Shown: one piece after another, positions 24,601 through 38,002 of the stretch
Position numbering within the stretch: the stretch's first letter is position 1
How the letters are laid out: each line of letters opens with the position of its first letter
Assembly (NCBI RefSeq): GCF_006345805.1
Contig: NC_043004.1
Location: 27,218,001-27,282,000, forward strand
Source: Octopus sinensis
Lineage: Eukaryota
Direction: 5' to 3'
DNA: 64,000 nt
Translations under genes and position numbers: made by a program
The notes under the pieces: generated by a model
The model's input: the letters and a program-made list of their open reading frames with translations, nothing else
Told to the model about the DNA's origin: nothing
The model's database searches: none

Positions 24601-26974
24601 GTTGAATGTTAACATCCAAATCCTCCTTTACAATGGTTATATTTCAGGATATTCTTACTAATCTGACTGAGCTCAGATTTAGTAGGGCAGATGAGCTCAA
24701 TTGATGGTTTAATATTGATTTCAAATTTTGGCACAAGGCCAGCAAGTTCATGAGAGGGAAAAAGTTAATAACATTGACTATTGTGCTCAACTGATACTTA
24801 TTTTATTGACCTTAAAAGGATGAAAAGCAAAGTCGATCTCAACGGCATTTGAATTTAGAGTGTAATGACAGATGTCATGCCACTAAGCATTTTACCGAGC
24901 ATGCTAACATCTCTGCTTATTCACTGCCTTTTGGTGGTTTAATATTAGAATCCATTTTATGGTTCTTCTGATGGAAATGGAGAGATTTAGGAGTATGTAG
25001 ATCCATTTAATCATCCACTTCCAATTTATGTTAACAACTCACCCCCCCCCATGTTTAAATATATAAATGTCATAATCTAACCTGATTTCAATTGTTTGCC
25101 TGTTTTTACTTTCATTCTAATTACTTGTACCTGCTCAATTGATAAACTGCCTATAGTCAATTGTTTTTAGATAGCTATAACATCCCTACTTTTAGTTGCA
25201 GTGCAAGTTGGTGTTCAAATAGCAAATTAATCTGAGCACAAATTGTGTGTATCTATTGTCTTACACTTACAGACTTTGATCATCCGAATTTTACATATGT
25301 ATATATGTATGTGTATTCATTCAGCTTATTTGTTGCCTGGTTGTATCCTGTTACATTGAATGTATTGTGTTGGAAACCTTAAGTTTCTTAACTTTTCCAA
25401 GCTTCTATTCACCTAGCTGTGAATACACAGTTGGAAAAATTCACTATTCTCAGTTACAAAATGATGAAGAATCCACTGACTTGTAGTGTTTTATTCAGTT
25501 CTGCCTGTGTTGGTCGCTTCTCTGAGGATTTTCCCTAGATACACACCCTGAACGATGGTGAAGTCTTTAATAGTGACCCTCTGATTCAATAGCTAAAGTG
25601 ACCCTCCAAATCCACTATTCAAAACAGCAACTTACCAATATTTCTATACTATAAAAGTCAGAACTTACCTTAGATATAAACAAAAAATATGAGTGTTATT
25701 TAAATTCTGAAAAAACATTATCTAAAGCTTATTATTAAAGAGATTAGTCTTTTAATCTTTTTAGCAAAACAAACAGGCTGGTAGATCAGTTCTTCCATTC
25801 TTTAGTTTGCTTCAACTATCACAACTAAGCCCATCCTGGAGCACCACTTGTATAGTCCAATGTTGTATGCGATTTGTGTCATCTCTGAATGTATCCAGGG
25901 TTTCCAGTGTATGAGTTATTCATTGTATGTAGGCTCTCTAATTACTGGGAGCTACTTTACTTTGGTTGTAACCTCTATTCAGATGAATAATCTGGCATAC
26001 CACAGAGAAATTATTCTTGATTACTTTCAATGCAAACATTATTACAAAATATAAAAAGAATAAAATTATTTAAAATTATGTGAAAAGAAAATTTGTATTT
26101 CAGTAAACAAAATTTTAAAATATATTCTTGTAAACAGTTTAGTTTCCTAATTAGCAATGGTAGGCTGATAAATAGACTTATTCTTATAAGGATGAGGTAG
26201 AGCATATAAACATATATTTCAAACCTATTGAAGCTGTACCTAACATGTTGGACTATTAATCCATTCTTATAAGGATTAGGTGTGGCAGTGTACACACACA
26301 TTCCAAATGTTAGATTTAAAATTGAAATTGTAACAGCCAAAACATTTACACTATTGAAAAATAGATCAGTAGGAAATTGCTTTTTATCACTTCAGCACTA
26401 AAATCCATATTTGATACAACATAATTATGCAAACTATAATTTGATTAGTGATTATTTTGTAAGGTAAAAGTACTGAGTTCAAATTTTGCCATGGGCAACA
26501 GGAAACTACAACTGAGGAGTTCTTGTCAATGAGTACTAAAGCATCAGGCCCCTAGTGAGAGCTGTGTCAGACCCCTGTTTAGGGGCCTGTGAAACTTTAA
26601 GTAGCATGGAACTGAACCAAACTATTTAAAATAATTCATGTAACTCCCACTAAATATGTTGAGTGCCCTTTTCTTTCTTTTGTCCACTCTTATCTCTCTC
26701 TATATATAAAATTCCTCCTCTCTCTGTCTGTCTGTTTGTCTGTTTCCTCAAATGGCTCGACCAACTCAATTCAAATTAGACCCCACAAGTCTCAACATGT
26801 AATTTTTATTTTCATTTGGATTAAAACAATATGACATTTTATCTAAATTAATCTTTCAATAGTCAACTATTGTAAAAGACATGCTATATCGCCGCCGCTA
26901 CCACCGCCACTACCACCACGACATCACGTTTTGGATATGAGTGTGTATGTGTCTGTGAGATGTGTATGTTTGAG

Positions 26975-27440
26975 TGTTCATTTTATCACTTTGAGTCAGA
27001 GACAAAGAAACAATCTCTGCAATGGAAACGTTCCATCTTGCCTGTTCCAAAAGAAGGCCAAATTTGTTTCATCTGCCGAGAAGGTGATGGCCTCAGCTTT
27101 TTGGGATGTAGAAGGCATTGTGTTTATGGGCTATGTTCAAAAGGGCCACACTGTCAAAGTAGTTTACTATGCCAACTTGCTGAGACACTTATAAAAGGGT
27201 AGAAAAACCAAACACCCAGGAAAACTTATAAAAGGGTCTCATTTCATCAGGTCAATGCTCCAGCACACAAGTCATTGGTTTCAATGACTGCTGTGCATGG
27301 GTGTGGCTTTAAACAGGTTGACCAGCCCCCCTGTTCTTCTGATTTGGCCCTAACTGACTATCATTTGTTCTCCAACATGCAAAAACACATGGCTGGGAAT
27401 CCGTATCATAGTGATGATGAAATCATATCTGCCAACCTTC
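26975..27440 (+). pseudogene. mariner (DD34D-type) transposase fragment
   Basis: KVMASAFWDVEGIV, NAPAH, PPCSSDLALTDYHLF. Confidence 0.85.
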
Positions 27441-28023
27441 ATCGGCAGCTAGGTATGTAGGTGGATGGATGGATGGAAAAGTATAGCATATTCTTTACTC
27501 ATATGTCTTATATATATATTTCTTTATTGGCCACAAATATATTTATGTATAGGGAGAGTTTACGAAAAAAACAACAAAAGACGAAGACAGGTGGTGTACA
27601 AAACAAACAGATGTATTAGTATAACGCTCAGGAATAGAAAAAGTCTTTTACGTTTCGAGCCTACGCTCCTCTACAGAAAGGGACACAGAAAACAAGGAGA
27701 GAAAAAAACAAGGATATATATATATATATGTATATATATTTGTTGAAATAGAAAGATGAATTTTCTTGTTACAGATTATTCAAAAGTTTAACCGATACCT
27801 GGGTAGCAAAAATCACAGCAGAAAAAAGCACGGTTGGAGATAAGACCTTTTGGTGTTGCATTCACTAATAATATATATATATATATATATATCAATTGAA
27901 TCATTACACATTATTAAGGATGTAAATTAGAGTAATAAATGTGTGTTCATAATAAACAAATTTCCCTAACTTCACTGGAAATATCTGCTCATAGATAAAG
28001 AAGGTTTTCTTTCTCTGTAACAG

Positions 28024-28071
28024 AAGAGATCACTCTAGTTTGTTTCAACATTTAGTAATGCTTCTTCAGAG
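28024..28071 (+). CDS. 48-nt phase 2-2 exon of unidentified gene
   Basis: ggttttctttctctgtaacag|...CAGAG|gtgagt; only one frame open (RDHSSLFQHLVMLLQR), in frame with the next three exons. Confidence 0.7.
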
Positions 28072-28628
28072 GTGAGTGTGTTTGTGAATACTGTAATTAA
28101 CTATCTACTATTATTCTCTGTGTGGATGGAAAACAATCACGTTCTATTGAGACTTTGATAGAGACTGTTACAACACAGTTAAATGTCATGGCTATAGGGA
28201 GAAAATTTGTACTGACTTTTCACACTGGAGCTAGAAATATGTGTTAACTCACTTGTAAGTTTACCTTACATTTCTGTCATAATACTCTGTAGTAAATATA
28301 TTTGCATCATTATTATTATTAAAGTCCAATTTCTATGCTGGCATAAGTTGTATGATTCAGCATCATCTGATAAGTCAGAGGCCTACATAATGCCCTTAGG
28401 TTTATTTTGGTATGATTTCTAAAGCTGCTGGTGGATGCCCTTTCCTTGTGCCAAGCCCTTTATAGAGTGCATTAGGTAATTTTTTGATGACACTAACACT
28501 AGTGAAGTCACCTTACAACTTGCAAGACTAAACAACTTAATGGGCCTCTATAAGTGAGGGGAAATAAATTTAGAAAGCAAGAGTGAAAGAGAAAGTTAGT
28601 TTTAGGCATGGTAATGAGATAGGGTAAC

Positions 28629-28682
<54 letters not shown>

Positions 28683-29179
28683 TTAATAATGATGAAATTA
28701 TTGTATACAGTGCTCAGGTGCACCACAGCTCCTCTATGATAAGAGGAATAGATTTATAGTTGAGAGTGGGAGTAGAAGCACAAGAGGAGAATAAGAAAGG
28801 GAAGGAATTAGTGTCAGTGATTTAGTGAGAAAGGGTTGGACACAGTGATAAGTGTAATGAGGCAAGTTTTGTAGGGAGCTCCAAGGCTGTCCCACATTGT
28901 AAGGATGAATATGGGAAGAAGGCATGAGAAAAAAAGGTACAAGAAAGGGAGAAAAAAATGAGGATGATGTGAGAGAATCATTAAAGGAGAGGTGTGGAGG
29001 TTATGGGAACAGGCTGATGTGATGGTGTTGAGGTAGTAGAAGAAGGCATAGTAAAAAAAAAAAGAGACGGAAGAGTGAGGGATAGCAGTAGTATCACAGG
29101 TGGAAAAAGAGTGGCGAAATGGACGAAAGAAGGAAGCTTATCAACAGGAATATAAAGGTCCAGGCCAAAGATACAAAAG

Positions 29180-29535
29180 TGACATCTTGGGCAAGTGTCT
29201 TCTACTATAGCCCCGGGCCGACCAATGCCTTGTGAGTGGATTTGGTAGACGGAAACTGAAAGAAGCCCGTCGTATATATGTATATATATATATATATATG
29301 CGTGTGTATGTTTGTGTGTCTGTGTTTATCCCCCTAGCATTGCTTGACAATCGATGCTGGTGTGTTTATGTCCCCGTTACTTAGCGGTTCGGCAAAAGAG
29401 ACCGATAGAATAAGTACTGGGCTTACAAAAAGAATAAGTCCTGGGGTCGAGTTGCTTGATTAAAGGCGGTGCTCCAGCATGGCCGCAGTCAAATGACTGA
29501 AACAAGTAAAAGAGTAAAGAGTAAAGAGTAAATAT
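29180..29535 (+). mobile_element. family B CORE-type SINE
   Basis: Reverse complement of 4935-5300. Confidence 0.85.
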
Positions 29536-29879
29536 AGGATTGGAAGGATATGGAAATATACACACACACATACATATACATATGCATATATATATTTTTT
29601 GATATTTTGCTTAGGCATAGTGAAACCTGGTGTAGAACTCAATATACGTATGGTCCAGAACACAATGTTAGATGAGTATAGAGTGGTAATAGGAACAAAG
29701 TGATGATACTAGGAAAAAAAAACAATAGTTTTGTAATGAACTTCATTAGTTTACAGCTGCTTCTGTTATAAGATATGGTGGATTGTTAGTTGAGCCCTTG
29801 GATAACATTCTATAGCTTCGTCAGAGCCTTGCATATGAAGTGCACTTTATTTGGGATATGGCATACATACATACATACA

Positions 29880-30230
29880 TCAGTAAACTATGACACTGGT
29901 GAGACAGAGAACAAAAGTTATATAGGACCCATGGAAGGGGAATTTAAATTCAGATACAACAACTGTCTTTCTACATTCAGACATCCTATGAAGAGTCATG
30001 CAACCACACACTTGGCCTTAATCTGGAAACATAAGGATAAGAACATCAACTACAATATCAAATAAAAGATCCTGTCTATGACCAAGCTTTATATTAATGG
30101 GTCTATATGTTTGATTGAATAAGTGTATCTTTTAAAAATATTAAGAATCTTCAGGGACTGCATAAATTCTAGGAGTGAATTTTTTCCATCATGGCCACGT
30201 TTCACAAAATACATCTTAGAAGGAATTTAA
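29880..30230 (+). mobile_element. Penelope-like GIY-YIG endonuclease fragment
   Basis: KSYIGPMEGEFKFRYNN..STFR...IWKHKDKNINYNIK...INSRSEFF. Confidence 0.8.
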
Positions 30231-31130
30231 GATAAACAACTGGACATAACATAAGCCACTTCAGTGCTGGTTTATGTAATTTTGATACTTGTTATACACT
30301 GGTTATATTTCCTGTGCATTTAATTATCCCCACCCTGATTGCTCTTGTTTTTTATTTTCCCAAAATGCACAAGCTCATTCAAAACTTGATTAGATCAAAT
30401 GCAGTTATTAAATTGTCTTGTTTTTATCAACTTAAAAAATGACAAAATAAATTAATATTTTGGCCACTAAGCCTTGGGTAGCTGTAATTTCACAAGGCTC
30501 TTAATTGTTTTTAATTACTCTCTTAACTGATTGAGTGTTATACTACTTGTTAAATTGCATACCACACACACAAGTGTGCATGCACACACAAATGCACACT
30601 TACACACAGGGTAGACACACACTTGCTTTTGTATGTACGTCTGTGTTTCTGAAAGAATTACTGTTGTCCAATGAATAAGAACTAAATAGTTTCTCAGGGG
30701 AGATTGAACCCACTAATGTAACTAGGTATAACTCTATTCCAGTGATTAATGTAGCAATCTACTGACCATGCCACTCCATCCCCACAGTTCCATGTTGAAA
30801 CTGATTCTGATGGCCATTTATCGCAATTCTTGCTTCTTTACAATTGCACTCATTTCTTTGTCTGTTAATCTTCCACATGAAGTATGAGAGAAGACAAGGG
30901 AGTGATGAGAATAATATAAGACATCCATGCTAGAACTGGGAATCAAAAATAGGTGCAAGACACAGATTATTGCTACAAACATTAGTTCCCGTCTCAATAT
31001 TTTTAGAAATAAATCAACATCAGGATGATTTTTTTTAAATAGAACAAAATGTCTGTGATTTATAAGAGGAGCTAAATGAAGTTGTGCATCTTTGTAGATT
31101 TATGGTTCTTATTTTCTCTTTCTTCTGAAG

Positions 31131-31178
31131 AGTATTAGCATTAGAAGCGGAATGGCTACAAGCTCGATTTAATATAGA
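31131..31178 (+). CDS. 48-nt phase 2-2 exon
   Basis: ttcttattttctctttcttctgaag|...ATAGA|gtatgc; reads VLALEAEWLQARFNIE. Confidence 0.7.
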
Positions 31179-31683
31179 GTATGCATCACGATTAGCATCA
31201 ACTTGCTGCTGCTACTGCTGGTGCTACTGTTGTCTTCGGTAGTAAATCATAATATTGATTTCTCACCTAGGCACAAGGCCAAATACTGAACGACATCAGT
31301 GCAGTTGATTGAATTAACACCAAAATATTACTGGTAATTATTTTTTATCTCTCAAATCCTTATAAAGGATTTGATCTCAGTCTAGGCACAGTCATGTGCC
31401 TAACAAGTTCACTTCACAGTCAGGTAGTTCTTGGTTCGTTTGCACTCTATGGTACACTTTGTGCAACTATCTCTTATGATTCCTTCAGCTTCATGATTAC
31501 CATGTGAATGGGATTATATTTTGGAATTGGGTTGATGGAATCTGTGCAATGCCTTGTCTGATGTTGATATCTGTCTATTTATCTATCTATCTGTCTGTCT
31601 GTCTCCCTAGCTACATACATGCATACATACCTACATATATACATACATTAATATATATATATATATATATATATATACAAAAA

Positions 31684-31721
31684 CTGTCCGACGAACGGGA
31701 ACGTGAAACTCAGAGTAACAG
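31684..31721 (+). ncRNA. minimal type I hammerhead-like motif
   Basis: CTGT-CCGACGA-ACG(GGAA)CGT-GAAA-CTC-A-GAGT-A-ACAG: three stems form; core has U4C. Confidence 0.5.
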
Positions 31722-32925
31722 GTTTTGTTGAATTTCTGCTGCTTTTAAATAAAGCATATTACTCTACCCCTGGTATTTGAGTACTCTTTTTTCCACCTTG
31801 TTTCACAGTTATGTGTTTACTCCGGTATATATATATAAATAGATGTGCATATTTTCCCCTTATCAACAATTAACACAGAAAAAATAGATAAATAGTTACC
31901 AGGGTAGCAAAAAATCACACAAATAAATAATATCAGTGAAATCTTTGAAGCATGTGTTGAAAGTAAAAGAATTTGAATTACACCTGCGTTAAACTCCATT
32001 TATATATATATATATATACATAGTCATACACACACATAATTATTACAAAAATATAAAGGAAAACCTTTACTGCAGCAAACCTAATCAGCGCTCTACAGGA
32101 GCAAATAATACCACAAATCAAAGTGAAGGACAAACTTTCATAGGTGAAATTCCTTTATCAAAATTCATATACAGTATCAGAATACATAAATGTAAATTCA
32201 TCAAAATTTTTAGGTGCCTACATTCCAATATTACAAGTCAACAATGAGGTTAGATGACCAGTAGTATATAATAGCGTATATATCCTTACGATCATTTCAA
32301 GAAATTGTGTTTGTATTGGGTGAATCTTCCAACCAATACAAATGGCCACATTACCCTCATCAGAGGTACATTAAATGATTAAAATATTTTTAAAATAGTT
32401 TTAAAATATCATCTACAAAAGATGACCAATAGAGTGAGTACCAGGCTTTAGAAAAAGAAATGAGTACTGGAGTCGATACATTCAACTAAAAATTCCTTGA
32501 GGCAGTGTCCCAGCATGGCCGCGATCTACTGAAGGAAGCAAGTGAAAGATAATCTGTAAAGGCTTTGAAACCAAAGGTTTTGGAAAACCAAGGTTTTACT
32601 TGTATTTGTTAAAAGAAGGAATGGTCATGGTTAAGCTACTTTTGACTATGTATCTGTTCATTCAATAATTCACTCTAAAATGGCCCTATTTCTCAGAATG
32701 AATTAAAACTGCTATACAACAAAGCCACTTCCTTCATACACTAATTAATGGTTTCTCATAGATTAATTAGTGATTTCTCTCCTGCTAATTAATGATTGCT
32801 TATATTGATGCAAAAATACAGGTTTGTAAGGAAGGGACACGCACTCACATAAACATGCATGCATGCATGCAACACACACACACACACACAGAGAAAGATT
32901 TATCCATGTTTAAAACTCTTCTTAG

Positions 32926-32940
32926 AGAGTATTGGTTCAG
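32926..32940 (+). CDS. 15-nt phase 2-2 micro-exon
   Basis: tttaaaactcttcttag|AGAGTATTGGTTCAG|gtaata; adds EYWFR in frame. Confidence 0.6.
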
Positions 32941-33034
32941 GTAATATTATCTACATTTTGCATAAATATTTACTTATGTCTTTTCTTCCTGTGTCTATTG
33001 TTTTGTTCATTTTATAACAGATTTGTAATCAAAC

Positions 33035-34066
33035 ATGGCACTGAAAGTAAAATGTGACCAGACTGTCACTTTGAAAACAGCTAGAGTGAGCAACAAGGAC
33101 ACAACAAAACAGTTAAATGTGTGCTGTAAAACACTGTTCAATATCTGGAAACAATATATGGAATTTGCTACTACTTCTTGCAAACCAATTCCTGGTAGGA
33201 AACGATCAATTTGTACCAAATGAATAGTTGAAGCTGTGACTAAACAAATGAACCAAAATCCCTTAGGGAGTGCCAGAAAAACTGCAAAAGCTCTTGATAT
33301 GTCGAAATTGTCAATGCACAGGATTTTTAAAGATGAAGCGCATTGCTAATAAAGTGTTGATCTGGTCCGCTGAGAAGATCTTCCCCATGGAGGCAGTTAC
33401 CAACAGGCAGAATGATAGACTTTATGCGTGTAATGCAGGAGACTTGCCCAAAGCTAGCAGGTGCCATTTACACAGTCAGAAATCAGCTTCACTCATGGTG
33501 TGGGCAACAGTTGCAGCTGATGGGTCCAAGTCTCCCTTGATCTTCATCGATGCTGGTGTCAAGGTCAATAGTGAAGTTCATGTGGAAATGTTGGATGAGA
33601 AAGCATTACCCTGGGTCATAGAAACCTTTGGTAACCATTACACATCCAATCTTCACACATCCAATTTGACACAGAGGTTTTGCAAAGAACATTTCAGTGG
33701 TTTTTGGGACAAGACAATATGGCCTCCTTCAAGTCCCAACATCAGTCCCATGGACTTTGCTATCTGGTCCATCTTAGAGAGTAATGCTTCTTCTGCTCGC
33801 TTCTATTCAAGTGAGTCAGATCTGGAGAAAGCCCTTCTGTCTTTATGGGTCAAGTTGGATGAAGGGGTGGTAGAATGCTCATGCAACTCAGTGACCACTC
33901 ATTTGTAAGCTATAATCAAGACCAAAGTTGGTCGTTTGGAAATGCACTTACTGCAATGGATTGACAATTTACATTAGAACAGGTGTGCCAAATTTCATTA
34001 TCATACCTTAAGTTTATTTTGAATAATTACGAAATATCAATGGGTAAATCTTTCTGGGACACCCTG
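33035..34066 (+). pseudogene. maT/DD37D-like transposon relic
   Basis: EKIF..E...RQNDRLYA, SLMVWA, WPPSSP..SPMDFAIW; second-D region deleted; right end GGACACCCTG. Confidence 0.8.
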
Positions 34067-34589
34067 ATGCTTATTGATGCTTATTATCAACATTAGAAGT
34101 CAATATTGAACTACCAAGGATTTGAACTTCAAACAAAGAGGGACAGAACTAAATCCTGATGTCTTTTAGTTTCTGTAACTGCAGTAATTGTTGCCGCTGC
34201 TGCTGCTTCAGTTGTTTAATCTCGTGTCATCCATTACAATTGTGTAGATCTATATTGAGAGACATTCCAGTTTTGACCACTCCATGTTGTTTCAAAGCAT
34301 AAGATATCTAGGACTACACTATTCAATGTGTCCTTTTTTAACATGTTAGGACGGGAAATTAGGAAGATTTGGCTTCTGTTTCAAGCAGGTAGAACTTTCT
34401 GCTCTGGCAGTATCTATGAGACACACACAGAGCACTAATATTTTTTTCTTTTTATCTTATTGTCAGGAGGGAGTATTATACCCTTTAAAGTTCTCTAAGC
34501 CTGGTGGGAGAAAGAAAGAGAGAGAGGAAGGCATCCTTAAATTGGAAACCTAACCCAAATGCTTGCAACAGAGTGGCCTTTGCTAACAG

Positions 34590-34608
34590 ATTGACTCCAA
34601 GATTCCAG
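34590..34608 (+). CDS. 19-nt micro-exon (phase 2 to 0)
   Basis: ggcctttgctaacag|ATTGACTCCAAGATTCCAG|gtaatg; reads LTPRFQ; ctaac branch-like motif. Confidence 0.6.
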
Positions 34609-36354
34609 GTAATGCTGTTAAACTGTGTGAGGGATTCATTCTACTCAACATGGAGGCTAAGGTAGGATTTGAACTCAGAATGTGGAGAACTGTACAAATA
34701 TCATAAAGCATCTATTTAATATTCTATTAATTCCACTAATGCTACTCTGAATTGGTATTTTTTCATTCACCCTAAAAGAATAAAAAGTAAAGTTGACTTC
34801 AGTAGGACTTGAACTCAGAGCACAGTAATTCAGATCAAATAACACGAGGCATTATAAATGATGCTCTAATGACTCTGCTAATTCACTGCCTTAATGTTAT
34901 TTTTTTTTTTCTGTAATCTGGCTTTGTCTCCGAAACTGAGTGTTGCAGAGCAGGAGTACTGTTTAGGCCAAATTACTCAGTAAGGTGCATACGCCCAGTT
35001 TCTCTGATGTGTATATATTCCTCTCTGGATGGGATGCTGATCTGTCATAGGATTACTCATTTTTACCAGCTGAGTGAACTGGAGTAAAGCGAAATGAAGT
35101 GTTTGGCTCAAGAACACAATGTGTTGCCTTGTCCAGGAATTGAAACCACAATCTTATGATAATGAGTCCAACACCCTAACCACTAAGTCTTTCACCTCCA
35201 TAGAGGCAGGAGTATAAAATCTGCAAATAAAACTATCTACAAATGATATTAGTGTATTACTAGTAGGAATTATAAAGGGAAAGCATGAGAGAGGGAAATA
35301 GAGAACCATCTCAAGTTTAATATGTCAGCCATATTAAAATTTTTTGATGAGGTTTTAGAATTTTATTTCCTCAACTAATTCTGTGTCTTCCAAGAGGGCA
35401 ACTAATTATGGGAGACATTTTCTAAAAGAAAGCCAAACAGCAAGTCTTAGATCAAAATGTTTTTGCTCTTACGATTTTAGTAGAAAATTTGTGTGTGTGT
35501 GTGCATGTGTATATGGTTGTGGGTATGTGGGTATTTGTGTGAATGCATATACATGAATGCACATACTTGTATACATGTGAGTCCTATGTGTGTGTGTGTA
35601 TATATATATCTGTGAGTTCATACTCACAAATGTCTGTGAGAGTGTGCATATATGGTGTGGTATGGAAATGGTACTTTAGCTTCAAGATGATAATCATTAA
35701 ATTAACATTATCATTATCATCAACATCTTAACATGATCAGTGTCATTATCATTGCAATGAGCATACTGTTCATCTCATAATTATCAAGATGATGATAATG
35801 ATGATTGTAATAGTCATTATCATTTATCCTCATTTCATTTATTTTTATCATTGTTCCCACATCCCATGTAAGAATGGAAAACTGAAAAACAGGAAATACA
35901 ACAAAACAGTCAAAACCACAACACTAAAACAAATCAACAGCAGCAAAAAAAAAAGAAAAAAAAACAGAAGCAAAAAATAACCTCTGAATGGTCCCTGACT
36001 TAGATGTATAAAAGACTGAATTAATATTGGCATGTTTCAAATTAAGAACTGGAAACAACTGGCCTAGCTGTCAATTATGCTGACTATTTCCATATGCACT
36101 TTGTTGAGAAGATGCACTTCATATATCAACACACATATACACAAATACATGCACTAATAAATGAGTGTACAACCGTGTGCATGCACACACAAATACACAC
36201 ACTCACACAAAATAATCTTTAAATAAACAACTGTACTGCTATTACCTAACAAATGCTGTGGTGCAGCTTAACGGATTAAGAGCATGTAAGCAACATTTGG
36301 ATATACATATGTGAGGATTATGTGTGTATGTGTGTGGGTGGGTGGGTGGTGGTG

Positions 36355-36600
36355 TATAGCCGTATGTTCAAGAAGTTTGCTTTCCAATCACGTGCTTTCA
36401 GGTTCAGTTCCAATCCATGGCTGCTCGAGCAAGTGTCCTCTACAGTAATCCCAGGTCAACCAACATTTCGTAAACGGATTAGCTAAACAGCAACTGAAAG
36501 ATGCCTGGCTGATTCCTGAGTCATGTTACTAGCACTTGTGCCAGTGCCACATAAGAGCATCTTTTGAGTGTTGGGCCTACTGATGCTGGTGTCATGTAAC
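36355..36600 (+). mobile_element. tRNA/CORE SINE head with family C-like body
   Basis: Decayed head, then gtgccagtgccacataagagca units; similar heads at 51080-51235 and 63500-63660. Confidence 0.6.
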
Positions 36601-36668
36601 TAGCACACCACAGACATTTTGTCTACAAAAGTTGTTCCATACAACACTTATGAATATTACATTTAAAG

Positions 36669-36684
36669 GAGCTATTCTATAATG
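36669..36684 (+). CDS. candidate 16-nt micro-exon
   Basis: atattacatttaaag|GAGCTATTCTATAATG|gtaaac; ELFYN in phase with 34608. Confidence 0.33.
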
Positions 36685-37379
36685 GTAAACTTAAAAGTGT
36701 TAATACAAGTTTACTTTTGTAAGTATCGAATGTAAAACATATTCAAATTATGAAATAATTTGAAAGTCGGAATTTTTTCAAATTCAAGAAAACTAGGAAA
36801 GAAAGTATCTTATTTGTTTATATAAGTGGAGATGGATCTTTTTTGGACAATTGCAATGTGTTGCCACCTGAGGGCATTTGCTTATGGTGGTGGTGGTGGC
36901 GGTGGCAGTGGTGCTAAGAGAGCATCAAGGTGAACAATAGTAGAAGAAAGAAAAAAATGGTTATGGTGGATTTTATTTAATTCCAGTTGTTAGTACTGAT
37001 CAAGTAGATCTGTAATTGAGGATATTCCATCCAGGGGCATCACATTTTGTTTGTGGTGATGGAGTCGATCTGAGATTACTTTATCAAATATATTTATCTA
37101 ATATTTTCAAGACAGTTAAGTAAGATGTGTAAAAGATGTAACTATTATTTCTGCCTGATTTGAGGATTATATAGCTAAAAAATGTCCAGAGTGTTACTTG
37201 ATGAGGAATAGTTGCCACCATTTCAAATAAAGGCTGTCATTGTACAAATCTGAATGAAAATGTGTTAATGTGTTTATGACAACGGCATATGTACTCTAGT
37301 GGCTTTTAAGGAGGTAGGCTGGCATTAGTTACTGAGAATTCTGGAGATTCTGTGTAGTGTAATATGAAAAAGAAATGAA

Positions 37380-37680
37380 GATAGCATGCTTCATTGGATG
37401 TGCAATGTCAGTGTACATGAACAACAAAGTACATGTGTATCAAGAGAAAAACTGGGAGCAAGAGGAATAACGTGTAGTATGCAAGGAAGAAGACTGCACT
37501 GATATAGACACCTAAGGAGGACAGTTGTACAAGAAAGTGGTGATAAGTTAATGTGGATGGAATTTGTGCATTAGAGAGACCCAGAACAAAAGTGATGAAG
37601 GCTGATCTCAGGGCCTTGTACCTCACAGAAGAGATGACAAAGAATCAGTATGACTGGTGATATGTGGTTCTGAAGTAGAG
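37380..37680 (+). mobile_element. RTE LINE 3' fragment
   Basis: MLHWMCNVSVHE...REKLG and DLRALYLTEEMTK..DW. Confidence 0.65.
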
Positions 37681-37699
37681 TTGCCCATCTAAATGTATA

Positions 37700-38002
37700 T
37701 AACTGTGCCATTGTTTGTTCCTTCTCGAGCCATGCCTGGCTCATAAGGGCTGGTTTCCCGGTTTCTTGGTGTATAGTTTCCCCACCTGGATGGCAGTCCG
37801 TCGCAGGTGAGCTGTAAGATGCAGGAGGAAAGAGTGAGAGAAAGTTCTGTCGAAAGAGTCGACAGAAGTTCGCCATTACCTTCTGCCCGAGCCGCTTAGG
37901 TGTTTTCGCTCATAAACACACACAACGCCCGGTCTGAGATTCGAACCTGCGATCCCTCGACCGTGAGTCTGCTTCTCTAACCATTAGGCCATGTGCCTCC
38001 AC
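37700..38002 (-). mobile_element. tRNA-SINE (family E)
   Basis: Minus-strand head GTGGAGGCACATGGCCTAATGGTTAGA...GGTTCGAATCTC; close copy at 42928-43229. Confidence 0.85.

Noticed and set aside
25271-25296. DFDHPN tyrosine-kinase-like motif after an acceptor
   Set aside because: Next residues deviate, donor is weak and no other kinase exons exist.
33270-33908. 212-aa ORF as an active or domesticated transposase
   Set aside because: Lacks the N-terminus in frame, first catalytic D is altered and the second-D region is deleted.
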